From: an uncultured Methanospirillum sp.
GTDB taxonomy: Archaea > Halobacteriota > Methanomicrobia > Methanomicrobiales > Methanospirillaceae
Direction: 5' to 3'
Assembly (NCBI GenBank): GCA_964501565.1
Contig: CAZCUJ010000003.1
Span: forward strand, 41,100 to 105,099
Length of the DNA stretch: 64,000 bases
Made by a program: the position numbers and the translations under genes. A model generated the notes under the pieces. The model saw nothing but the letters and a program-made list of their open reading frames with translations. It did no database searches and was not told the origin of the DNA. Numbering within the stretch: position 1 is the stretch's first letter; each line of letters starts with the position of its first letter. This document shows, in pieces, positions 56,317 to 64,000 of this stretch.

Positions 56317-57636
56317 ATGAACACCCGCTGTTTACTCTTCATACTCCTGCTGCTCTGCTGCGCCGTCCCCCTCGCGTCGGCGGGCGGCATGGCCAAGATT
56401 TACATGTCTCCGGACGATGCCAGCTGGAAGACGGGCCAGACGGTCCAGGTCAAGGTGATGTACGACAACAACCTCAAGCCGCTGGCCAGGGATATCTCGA
56501 TCTACTTCGACTGGAACGCGGAGATGCTGAGGTACGAAAAGTGCGACTTCAAGGTCGGCAACAGCACCATCGCGGGGCTTCATTCGTCCCACGAGCTGAA
56601 CCTGATGGTCGGTGACTTCACCAGCGGGTACAAGAACGGCGATTACCCGCTCGCTGTCCTGACGTTCAGGGTAATCGGGCCGGGCGAGACGCCGATCCAG
56701 ATCCGGGTCGCGCGACTGAACGACATGGACGGCAAGCCGGTCAAGTTCGTGGCAGGCACGAACCTGTACTCGATCGCGGGCGATAAGGTCGCGAACCCGG
56801 GCTCGGCCGCGACCGTCGCCCAGCCGACCGTTCCCGCCGCCGGCCAGCCGACCGTGGTCGTCGTGACGCCGCCAGCGACGTATACCCTGATCCCGACCCT
56901 GCCGCAGGCGGTCAACCCGCAGGTTCCCGCCCAGCTGCCCCCGGTGCTGCCGACCACCTATCCGACGGTGCAGCAGGCGCAGACATACCCGACGGTGAAC
57001 ATACCCGGAGGCGGTGTCGCGCCGGCCTGGCCGGCGCTGACGCCCGGCGCTGCGCCGCCGACGCAACCGCCGACGACGCTGGCGACCATGCAGGTCGTGA
57101 CGCCCATCCCGACCACGGAGATCGCGACGGCCCTGCCGACGACCATCGCGACGACGGTGCCGACGACGCTGCCGACCCCGATCTTCACGACGGAGCAGAC
57201 CACGGTGACGACTGTGCCGACCACCGAGGAGACGACCGTGACCACGACGGCCCCGCTGGGCCGCCAGATAACGGTGAGCGCGCCGATCGCCCCGGTCGGC
57301 ATCCCGATCACGGACACGCCGGAGGAGAACCAGACACCGAACGCGACGCCGACGGTCGAGCGCACCCTCCCCTCGCCGCTCGCGAACGAGACGACCCTGA
57401 CGGAGGAGCCGACGGAAGAGTGGCCGCTCGAGGTCACGTCGACGCAGACGCCGACGCTCTTTCCCCGGAGGACCCTGACGGCGGCGCCCGTCAACAACTC
57501 GTCGGCGGCGCTGGCGCCGGCGGGTTCGTCGCTCCTCGGCGACGCCGGGATCTTCCTGGTCGCGGCGATCGTCGGTGTCGCCCTCGTCGCACTCGGCGTG
57601 GTCTTCCTGCGACGGAACCGGGACGATTGGCTCTGA
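56317..57636 (+). CDS. cell-surface protein: signal peptide, cohesin-like domain, long Thr/Pro-rich linker, C-terminal TM anchor
   Basis: 439 aa. The signal is 'LLFILLLLCCAVPLASA'. The segment 'GQTVQVKVMYDNN...ISIYFDWNAEMLRYEKCDF...LAVLTFRVIGPGETPIQI' fits the cohesin beta-sandwich pattern. There are PT/TT repeats with N-x-T sites. The C-terminus is 'IFLVAAIVGVALVALGVVFLRRNR'. Confidence 0.6.
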   Translation: MNTRCLLFILLLLCCAVPLASAGGMAKIYMSPDDASWKTGQTVQVKVMYDNNLKPLARDISIYFDWNAEMLRYEKCDFKVGNSTIAGLHSSHELNLMVGDFTSGYKNGDYPLAVLTFRVIGPGETPIQIRVARLNDMDGKPVKFVAGTNLYSIAGDKVANPGSAATVAQPTVPAAGQPTVVVVTPPATYTLIPTLPQAVNPQVPAQLPPVLPTTYPTVQQAQTYPTVNIPGGGVAPAWPALTPGAAPPTQPPTTLATMQVVTPIPTTEIATALPTTIATTVPTTLPTPIFTTEQTTVTTVPTTEETTVTTTAPLGRQITVSAPIAPVGIPITDTPEENQTPNATPTVERTLPSPLANETTLTEEPTEEWPLEVTSTQTPTLFPRRTLTAAPVNNSSAALAPAGSSLLGDAGIFLVAAIVGVALVALGVVFLRRNRDDWL

Positions 57637-57642
57637 GCCCCC

Positions 57643-57649
57643 TTTTTTT
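57643..57649 (+). terminator. oligo-T tract after the surface-protein gene
   Basis: A T7 run lies 7 nt after the stop codon. Confidence 0.5.
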
Positions 57650-58036
57650 CGAGGCCCCGATACTGTCTGGTTCGTAGGAGCGTGAACACCCGAGCTAGAC
57701 CTGATCGGTCCTTCATCGCGATTCCTCCGAGATGCGGATCGGGTCGTCCTCGAAGGTTCTGAGGGCGTCTCCACCAAGCCCGTTTCTGTGTTCTCGGGAT
57801 AAACGGCGAAGGCCTACCTCAGGTGCCTTACCTTTTCCCGGAAGAATATCATTCCATTTCTGGATCAGGCGTAAATCCTTCCGTCGTTACTGATGCCGTG
57901 CGATGTTGCACGGCATATTCTCATATACGGATGTCAAAGAAATTCGATCCGTCCAGGGTCGTCGGAATGAGATCTCTATGACCGTGTCATCGGCATACAG
58001 TGCGGCGATGCTGGCAACAGAACAGGAGTGTCAATC

Positions 58037-58516
58037 ATGAGAAAAGCCATTCTGGCATTAGCCGTACTCACGGTCCTTGCTCTGTTCACTGTCCCGGCCC
58101 TAGCCGCGCATCCCATCCACACGGTGACCTATGGTGGATGGGGTGTCACCGGAGACGATCCGTCCGACCATTATGATATTATCGGCAGCACCGTGCACTT
58201 CTCCGGCAAAGCCCAGCAGGCCGCCGACGGGACCTGGACCGGTAAGGGCATCTTCATGGACCCGGACTCTCCGGACGGTCCGGTGAGGTGCCGCCTGGTC
58301 GTCGACGATGGCACATTGATAAGTCCGACACAGGTCGAGCTCCGTGGCACCGGGGAGTTCACCATCGATAACCAGTACGGCGGCTTCTGGCCCTTCGTGC
58401 TCTCGCTCGAGCAGGACGGGGAGTTCCAGACCTATACACTCGCTGTCACGATGGGTCCCACCTGGTGGGTCTCCGGGATCAACGCGATCAACGGCGGTCC
58501 TGTCAGGATCGCCTGA
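58037..58516 (+). CDS. small secreted hypothetical protein
   Basis: 159 aa counted from ATG 58037, with GGAG upstream. The signal peptide is 'MRKAILALAVLTVLALFTVPALA'. The mature part has a beta-rich composition. No family recognised. Confidence 0.6.
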   Translation: MRKAILALAVLTVLALFTVPALAAHPIHTVTYGGWGVTGDDPSDHYDIIGSTVHFSGKAQQAADGTWTGKGIFMDPDSPDGPVRCRLVVDDGTLISPTQVELRGTGEFTIDNQYGGFWPFVLSLEQDGEFQTYTLAVTMGPTWWVSGINAINGGPVRIA

Positions 58517-58525
58517 ACAACCCCC

Positions 58526-58531
58526 TTTTTT
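58526..58531 (+). terminator. oligo-T tract after the secreted-protein gene
   Basis: CCCCCTTTTTT begins 5 nt after the stop codon (T6 run at 58526-58531). Confidence 0.45.
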
Positions 58532-58684
58532 CCATCTCGGCCTCCATCACATCCCTTTCCCCGTTCAGAACCTGGGGAGTTCTCGACGTCTTTCCGGTCA
58601 ACGCCTCACCGGTAACCGGCCGGGATCCACCGTTGCGGTCTCGGCGAATCGCGTGAAAACGAGAAGAGAAGAAGTATGGAAGGG

Positions 58685-60532
58685 CTACTCGAGCCTTGGC
58701 GCCGCGAGCTCTGCCTGGGCGATCTTCTCAATCAGCCCCTCAAGGACCGCGTCGCGCATCCCCTCGACGAACTTGATCGAGCCGACCACCAGGTGCCCGC
58801 CGCCGGAGACGCCGCCGCCGGCGATCTCGCTCCGGAGCTCCCGGACCATGCGGGGAATGTTCATCAGCACGCCGCGCGAGCGGAGCACCGCGAAGTCGGG
58901 CCCGAAACCGATCGTGACCACCGGGCCGGGGTTGGCCCTGCAGAGCCGGTCGTGGACCTCGCCCGAGGTCTTGCCCGGCGGCGGGAACGTGAACTTGTGG
59001 GCGTGGATCTCCACGTCGAGCAGGAAGAGCCGAGCGCCGTTCTCGAGGGTCCGATCCTGCACGTGGGGCATGGTCGCCTCGAGCTGGTCCGCGATCATCT
59101 GGTTCGCGCCCTCGACGAGAAGCGAGACGTACCGCTCGTGCCGCTCGTGATCGGGTCCGAGGTCGAGGATCTCCTTGACGAGCTCGCGGCCGTCGTTGAA
59201 CCGGAGCCAGAACTGCTCGTAGTCGAGCGCGAGGGCCATGGCCTTGCACTCGTCCTCGGTGTAGCGGTCGGCCACGAGGTCGAGGTACCGCTGCCGCTCG
59301 GGCGCCTCGGACCGGTCTCCGACGGCCGCGACGGCCGGCAGGTGTCGGATCGCATCCTCCACGGCCGGGTTGATCAGCCGCGCGATCTCCGTGCCGAGCA
59401 TGCCGGCCGTGATCCCGTAGTCGCCGCCGACGTGGTACGGGTTGACGTGGGCCTCGAGGTACTGGTCGATCACCGCGTCGGGGTGGTGATGGTCGACCAC
59501 GACGAGCGAGAGGCCGAAGACCTTCGCCTGCTTCATGGCCGGCTCGTCCTCCTCGGTTGAGCCGTTGTCGGTCAGGAGGATGAGCGGCATCTTCTGGCCG
59601 TACCGGTCCAGGTCCTTGGTCGCGAAGTCCAGGTCGCGGGTGATGTCCTCGATCTCGTAGAACGGTGCCTTCGATGGCGCGCGCTTGAAGAGGAAGTAGT
59701 CGGCGTCGAAGTCACCGCCCGACTCGCGGATCAGGGCGACCACGGCCTGCTCGATCGCGACGGCGGAACAGATGCCGTCCGCGTCCGCGTGGTGGCGGAG
59801 CAGGATTGGCTGCGAGACGAAGACCGCCTTCCGGATCGCCTTGGCCACGGCGCGCATCTGCGGCCGGAGCAGGGACATGACCTCGCTCTCGACCAGGAGC
59901 GGGAGCTCCGTGGGTTCGGCCCGCCGGTCGAGGGCCTCCTCGATCCGGCGCCGGACCTCGTCGGCCTCCTCGCCCTCGAGGACGACGAGCGACGCGACCT
60001 CGACCTGGACCTGCGAGTTCCGCTGCATCGCCTGGCCGTAGATCTGGACGATGTCCCCGGGGTTCGCCTCGGGGTACGCCCGGACGCCGGCCTCGACGAA
60101 GGCCGCCGCGTTCTCGGTCCCCGTCTCGTCGACGAGCGTGAAGATGGTGGGGCCGCTGGTCTGCTTGACCTGGGCGACCTCCCCGACGACGGTGACCGTC
60201 CGGCCGATGCGGCTTCCGAGGTCGGCGAGCCGGGTCGTGCTGACCTTCTTCTGCACGGCCTGCTCCTCGTACGACGGCAGGATCACCTCCTCGAGGTCGA
60301 TATTCCCGTTCGGGCGAATCTGCTTGACGCGGACCAGGATCTCGTCGCCCTCTTCGTGGCGGGTGCGGACGTTGGTCTTGTGGACGAGCCCCTTGAGACG
60401 GTCGGTGAGCTGGACGAAGGTGCCGAAGGTGGCGAACCCCTGGACGCGCCCCACGTAGATGGTCCCGACCTCGACATCCGAGGAGTCGCAGGCCGGGCTG
60501 AGGCGGTAGACGGTGACGTTTGTTGGACTCAT
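58685..60532 (-). CDS. RecJ/Cdc45-like DHH-family nuclease with N-terminal S1 and OB-fold domains
   Basis: 615 aa. 'GTIYVGRVQGFATFGTFVQL...GLVHKTNV' is an S1 domain. The DHH motifs are 'LRHHADADGICSAVAI', 'ILLTDNGS' and 'VVVDHHHPD', and the DHHA1-like motif is 'GGGHLVVGS'. Confidence 0.8.
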   Translation of the reverse strand: MSPTNVTVYRLSPACDSSDVEVGTIYVGRVQGFATFGTFVQLTDRLKGLVHKTNVRTRHEEGDEILVRVKQIRPNGNIDLEEVILPSYEEQAVQKKVSTTRLADLGSRIGRTVTVVGEVAQVKQTSGPTIFTLVDETGTENAAAFVEAGVRAYPEANPGDIVQIYGQAMQRNSQVQVEVASLVVLEGEEADEVRRRIEEALDRRAEPTELPLLVESEVMSLLRPQMRAVAKAIRKAVFVSQPILLRHHADADGICSAVAIEQAVVALIRESGGDFDADYFLFKRAPSKAPFYEIEDITRDLDFATKDLDRYGQKMPLILLTDNGSTEEDEPAMKQAKVFGLSLVVVDHHHPDAVIDQYLEAHVNPYHVGGDYGITAGMLGTEIARLINPAVEDAIRHLPAVAAVGDRSEAPERQRYLDLVADRYTEDECKAMALALDYEQFWLRFNDGRELVKEILDLGPDHERHERYVSLLVEGANQMIADQLEATMPHVQDRTLENGARLFLLDVEIHAHKFTFPPPGKTSGEVHDRLCRANPGPVVTIGFGPDFAVLRSRGVLMNIPRMVRELRSEIAGGGVSGGGHLVVGSIKFVEGMRDAVLEGLIEKIAQAELAAPRLE

Positions 60533-60671
60533 ATCGATCGTTTCCGTGACTATTGTCGTGTATGCGTTATGCGCGGTTGATCACGATTGGACGGCCCGCT
60601 ATTTAGATGCCGCAGAATCGGTGAAAGCAGGCATGGACGCGCCGGACGACGCCGGGTCGAGAAAAAAGTAT

Positions 60672-61184
60672 TCAGGCCGTGGGCCGCTGCTCGATGACGA
60701 TCCGCGAGGGCGACGGGAGCTTGTACCCGCCGCGGCGGACAGCGTCCTTCGCACGGTCGATGTTCTGCGGTGTGGTGTACACCGTGAAGATCTTCTGGTT
60801 CGGCGCGACACGGGCGGCCGTGCCCACTGCCTTGCCGAAGGCGAGGCGCATCCCCTCCGAGACACGGTCCGCGCCGGCGCCGGTGGCCTGCTTGTTCTCG
60901 CGGAGGACGTGGTGGGGGAAGGTCCTGATCTTCAGGTGGAAGTTCTGCCGGCCGAGGTCGGCCATTAGCTTCCGGTTGATCGAGATGCGGGCGGACTCGA
61001 GCGCCGTGTGGCGGATCTGGCACGCCTCCTCGACAACGAGCGAGATCTCGACAGGGAAGTCTGCCGAGAGGTTGCCCATCTCGAACTGGACGATCTTCGA
61101 GCCCGGAACCCCTCCCATGTATTCGCGTCGCGTGTATGCCTTCTTGTTGATGTTCCTGTACATCTTGCCGGGTTTTCTGACCAT
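60672..61184 (-). CDS. rpl10e: 50S ribosomal protein L10e (uL16)
   Basis: 170 aa counted from ATG 61184. '[31 protein letters not shown]' and '[27 protein letters not shown]' are present. The rest of the 402-aa track ORF is shadow. Confidence 0.9.
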   Translation of the reverse strand: MVRKPGKMYRNINKKAYTRREYMGGVPGSKIVQFEMGNLSADFPVEISLVVEEACQIRHTALESARISINRKLMADLGRQNFHLKIRTFPHHVLRENKQATGAGADRVSEGMRLAFGKAVGTAARVAPNQKIFTVYTTPQNIDRAKDAVRRGGYKLPSPSRIVIEQRPTA

Positions 61185-61249
61185 GACGTAAACTCCTCGT
61201 AAACTACCGTGCTTTATAAAATCGTGACCGGGAGTATTAAACCCTCGCC

Positions 61250-62008
61250 TCAGTCGGCGGGCCGATCCTCGTTGATCAGGCCGAGGACGTGCCGCCGGAT
61301 CGCCGCGCACGCCTCGCAGGTCCGGTCCCGGGGGCGGGGGTCGCAGACCTCGACGACCTCCCGGACCGTGCCCGGACGGGCCGAGAGCACCACGATCCGA
61401 TCGGCGAGGAAGACCGCCTCGTCGACCGAGTGGGTGACGAAGAGAACGGTCTTCCTGGTCCTGGCCCAGATCTCCAGGAGCTCGAGCTGCATCGCGTTTC
61501 TCGTCTGGGCGTCGAGCGCGCCGAAGGGCTCGTCCATCAGCACCACGGCCGGGTCCGTCGCCAGGGCCCGGGCGACGGCTACGCGCTGCCGCATGCCGCC
61601 CGAGAGCTCGTACGGGAAGGCGTCCGCGAAGGCGGAGAGGCCGACGAGGTCCAGGTACTCCCGGGCGCGCTCGAGCCGCTCCGCCTTCCCGGTGCCGGCG
61701 AGCTCCAGCCCGAACGCGACGTTCTCGATGACGCGGCGCCAGGGATAGAGCGAGTAGTCCTGGAAGATCATGCCGAGGCGCGGCGTCGGGCCCGTGACGG
61801 GCACGTCGTCGACCCGCACCTCTCCCGCGGTTGGGGCCTCGAGCCCGGCGATGATCCGGAGCAGCGTGGTCTTGCCGCACCCCGACGGCCCGAGGATGCA
61901 GACGAACTCCCCCTCGGGGACCTCGAGGGAGATCTCGCGGAGGGCCTCGATCCCCTCCCCCTGGTCCGCCGGGTACCGCTTCGAGACCCGGTCGACCTCG
62001 AGTTTCAT
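61250..62008 (-). CDS. ABC transporter ATPase, NitT/TauT (sulfonate/nitrate/taurine) family
   Basis: 252 aa counted from ATG 62008. '[12 protein letters not shown]', '[11 protein letters not shown]', '[15 protein letters not shown]', '[11 protein letters not shown]' and 'VTHSVDEA' are present. Confidence 0.9.
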   Translation of the reverse strand: MKLEVDRVSKRYPADQGEGIEALREISLEVPEGEFVCILGPSGCGKTTLLRIIAGLEAPTAGEVRVDDVPVTGPTPRLGMIFQDYSLYPWRRVIENVAFGLELAGTGKAERLERAREYLDLVGLSAFADAFPYELSGGMRQRVAVARALATDPAVVLMDEPFGALDAQTRNAMQLELLEIWARTRKTVLFVTHSVDEAVFLADRIVVLSARPGTVREVVEVCDPRPRDRTCEACAAIRRHVLGLINEDRPAD

Positions 62009-62805
62009 CGTTCGAGCTCCCGCCAGCGGAACCGGCGCTCCTCGACCTGCCGGAGGGCGACGTCGATCCCGAGGCCGATGATCCCGATCACGATCATCCC
62101 CGCGATGATCACCTGGACCTGGCTGAAGTTGTACGCGTAGAGGATGAGGTAGCCAAGGCCGGCGTTCGTGCCCGGCATCATCTCTGCCGCAACCAGGCAC
62201 ATCCAGGCGATACCGAAGCCGACCCGCAGGCCGGTCCAGATCGTCGGGAGCGCGCCAGGGAGGATGACCCGTGCGAGGAGCTGGCGCTCGGTCGCGCCCA
62301 GGGTCATGGCCGCCTCGACCCAGGTCCGCTTCACGGACCGGACGCCGTCGAGGGTGTTGAGCAGCACCGGGAAGAAGGCCCCGAGCGCGATGATGAAGAC
62401 CATCGAGGCGAGGCCGATCCGGAACCAGGCGAGCGCGAGCGGTACCCAGGCCAGCGGGGGGATGGGCCTGAAGATCTGGATAAGCGGGTCCACGAGCTCG
62501 GCGAACCGCTGCCACCGCCCCATAGCGATCCCGAGCGGGATCGCGAACAGCGCGCCCGTGATGAAGCCGAGCATAACCCGCTGAAGCGAGACGGCCGCGT
62601 TCTCGACGAGGGATCCGGTGCCGAGGATCGAGGTGAACGGCGATGCGAGCACGCCCGCGACGGACTCGAGCGTGGGCAGGATGAACGGGTTGTCGATCGC
62701 GATCGCCGCGATCTCCCAGGCGATCAGAAAGAGGACGGGGAGGACCGCCCAGCGAAGGCTCCCGATACCGATGCGGTTGCGTAGCCCCTGGCCGGTCCTC
62801 TCCAT
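62005..62805 (-). CDS. ABC transporter permease, NitT/TauT family
   Basis: 266 aa with six TM helices. The EAA-like loop is '[24 protein letters not shown]'. The stop overlaps the ATPase start. Confidence 0.85.
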   Translation of the reverse strand: MERTGQGLRNRIGIGSLRWAVLPVLFLIAWEIAAIAIDNPFILPTLESVAGVLASPFTSILGTGSLVENAAVSLQRVMLGFITGALFAIPLGIAMGRWQRFAELVDPLIQIFRPIPPLAWVPLALAWFRIGLASMVFIIALGAFFPVLLNTLDGVRSVKRTWVEAAMTLGATERQLLARVILPGALPTIWTGLRVGFGIAWMCLVAAEMMPGTNAGLGYLILYAYNFSQVQVIIAGMIVIGIIGLGIDVALRQVEERRFRWRELER

Positions 62806-62814
62806 TCTCCTCCC

Positions 62815-64000
62815 TTATCGCTCGGTGATCGCGAAGCCCGAGTCCTTGAGCGCGTAGCGAAGCATCACGTCCTGGATGGAGCCTTTCTGCGGCGCGGCGA
62901 TCGTCAGCGGCCTGCCCGCGGACGACCGCTCCTCGGCCCAGTCGGCAAAGGACGCCCAGTTCGTGGCGGGCGAGCCGGCGGTCGCGACCAGCCCCGATCC
63001 CTCGTTATTGAGTGGGTGGAGAATCTTAATAGGAGTTCCCCTGTCGATCGCGGCGATCGCGGGCGGCACTCCGGCAAACGTCATCTGGACGCTGTTGGTG
63101 GCGGCCAGCTGCATCAGCTCGGGGCCCGCGTTCGCGGCGATCAGGCGCACCTCCGCGACTGTCTCGCCGTTGACGACCAGGTCGCAGACGTCGGGCGACG
63201 ACGCCGACGCGTCGCGGGGCACGAGGGCGATGCCGTGGGTGTCGGCCATGTACTGGGCTCGCTTGATCCCCACGAGGAGCGCTGCCGAGTGCATGTCGGC
63301 CTTGAGGTACCCGAGCGTCAGGGGGTTCGCTCGTCGTGCAGGCGTGACGAACTGGCCGGAGGCGACCTGCTGCGACGCGGCCCGGTACGGCCCGAGGTCG
63401 AAGAGGATGGCGTCCATCTCCTCGCTGCTCGCGTTGGCGAGCCGCCCGGAGATGAGCCCGAGTTCCTTCTGGGCGGCCACGAACTCCTTGGTGTCGTTGG
63501 TCCAATCGGCCGCGGGCTCGTTCGTGTAGACGACCGTCGGGATCGCGTCCTGCATCACGCCCACGGATCCGACCGAGACGTTGCCGTATGTGAAGTTGGA
63601 CCGGCCGACGAACCAGTCCGCGAGGATGTCGGCGGCCTCGTCGGGATTGTCCGCGATGTAGTCGCTGCCGAGCTGGACCAGGGCCGAGATCGCGTGCACG
63701 ATTCCGGGGTCCGAGGCCAGGAGGTCCTCGCGCGCCGAGAGGGCGCAGCACGGGTGGTTCTCCCACATGCCCGCGGGCGGCAGGTCCCCGGACTGCTCGA
63801 CGAGCTGGGCAATCTCCGACTCGGTTGCGATCGAGACGAAGGGCTGCCAGGCGATGTACCCGTCGATCTGCCCGGTCGCGAGCAGGTTCGGCATCGGTCC
63901 GACCCCCTGGCTGTACAGGACGTTGACCGTGGTGTTGCGGGTCTGTCCTCCGTCCGGCGTCGTGCAGCCAGCCGCGAGGAGGGCTACGACGACGAACGCC
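62815..64000 (-). CDS. ABC transporter substrate-binding lipoprotein (NMT1/SsuA-like); 5' end lies outside the window
   Basis: The frame stays open upstream of the track's ATG (63894) to the window edge. It reads 'AFVVVALLAAGCTTPDGG...', a signal peptide plus lipobox. 'GQIDGYIAWQPF' and 'LTLGYLKADMHSAAL' are typical of NMT1/SsuA-type binding proteins. Confidence 0.75.
   Translation of the reverse strand, partial: AFVVVALLAAGCTTPDGGQTRNTTVNVLYSQGVGPMPNLLATGQIDGYIAWQPFVSIATESEIAQLVEQSGDLPPAGMWENHPCCALSAREDLLASDPGIVHAISALVQLGSDYIADNPDEAADILADWFVGRSNFTYGNVSVGSVGVMQDAIPTVVYTNEPAADWTNDTKEFVAAQKELGLISGRLANASSEEMDAILFDLGPYRAASQQVASGQFVTPARRANPLTLGYLKADMHSAALLVGIKRAQYMADTHGIALVPRDASASSPDVCDLVVNGETVAEVRLIAANAGPELMQLAATNSVQMTFAGVPPAIAAIDRGTPIKILHPLNNEGSGLVATAGSPATNWASFADWAEERSSAGRPLTIAAPQKGSIQDVMLRYALKDSGFAITER

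Noticed and set aside
57893-57916. Perfect hairpin ATGCCGTGC-GATGTT-GCACGGCAT as a regulatory RNA or terminator.
   Set aside because: It is seen only once, is not followed by a T-tract and is not obviously tied to either flanking gene. This is too little evidence to call a feature. It is mentioned under the surface-protein finding.

Overview
This is a GC-rich, densely coding archaeal chromosome segment. The gene content points to a methanogenic euryarchaeon of the Methanomicrobia type; this is inference from content only. Supporting genes are a Fae-Hps fusion, F420-dependent NADP reductase, aSUI1, ribosomal protein L10e, Hef, a geranylgeranyl-reductase-type flavoprotein, bacterial-type gyrase, and an intron-containing tRNA-Trp whose intron is a box C/D guide RNA. 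Most long ORFs in the six-frame track that lie antisense or out of frame to these genes are R/P/G-rich shadow ORFs and are not called.

Ordinary blocks:
- A glycosyltransferase/membrane-protein operon (1-4767).
- hom plus an ACT-domain gene, cobQ, SUI1 and PPK2.
- A long plus-strand gene string (20.6-26.6 kb) carrying two cyclophilins, thioredoxin, npdG, an EndoIII-like gene and an aldolase/phosphorylase/deaminase salvage trio.
- An acyl-CoA synthetase, fae-hps, glyS-hef, gyrB-gyrA, cbiM-(PDGLE)-cbiQ-cbiO, a DEAD-box helicase, a RecJ-like nuclease, L10e, and a TauABC-like ABC transporter running off the 3' edge.

Non-ordinary regions:
1. 7.4-13.5 kb looks like a decayed integrated element. It holds a dead tyrosine recombinase, a chain of start/stop-overlapping mini-ORFs, and a family-B DNA polymerase with degenerate exonuclease and motif-C residues. 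Imperfect direct repeats bracket the mini-ORFs and the polymerase; the recombinase lies just outside the left repeat.
2. 38.9-42.4 kb is a translationally coupled pair: a large protein with a DUF47/PhoU-like C-terminus, followed by a pyruvate-phosphate-dikinase homologue that lacks the whole PEP/pyruvate-binding domain.
3. 4786-5889 encodes a wHTH protein fused to a TiaS-kinase-like domain.
4. About 30.7-31.0 kb is a convergent intergenic region filled with oriented arrays of a 9-bp iteron.
5. There are several decayed genes or frame switches: PP2C, DUF421, and MBL-fold remnants around an S9 peptidase.

No CRISPR array, rRNA gene or intact transposase was seen. All family assignments come from motif recognition by eye, with no database search.
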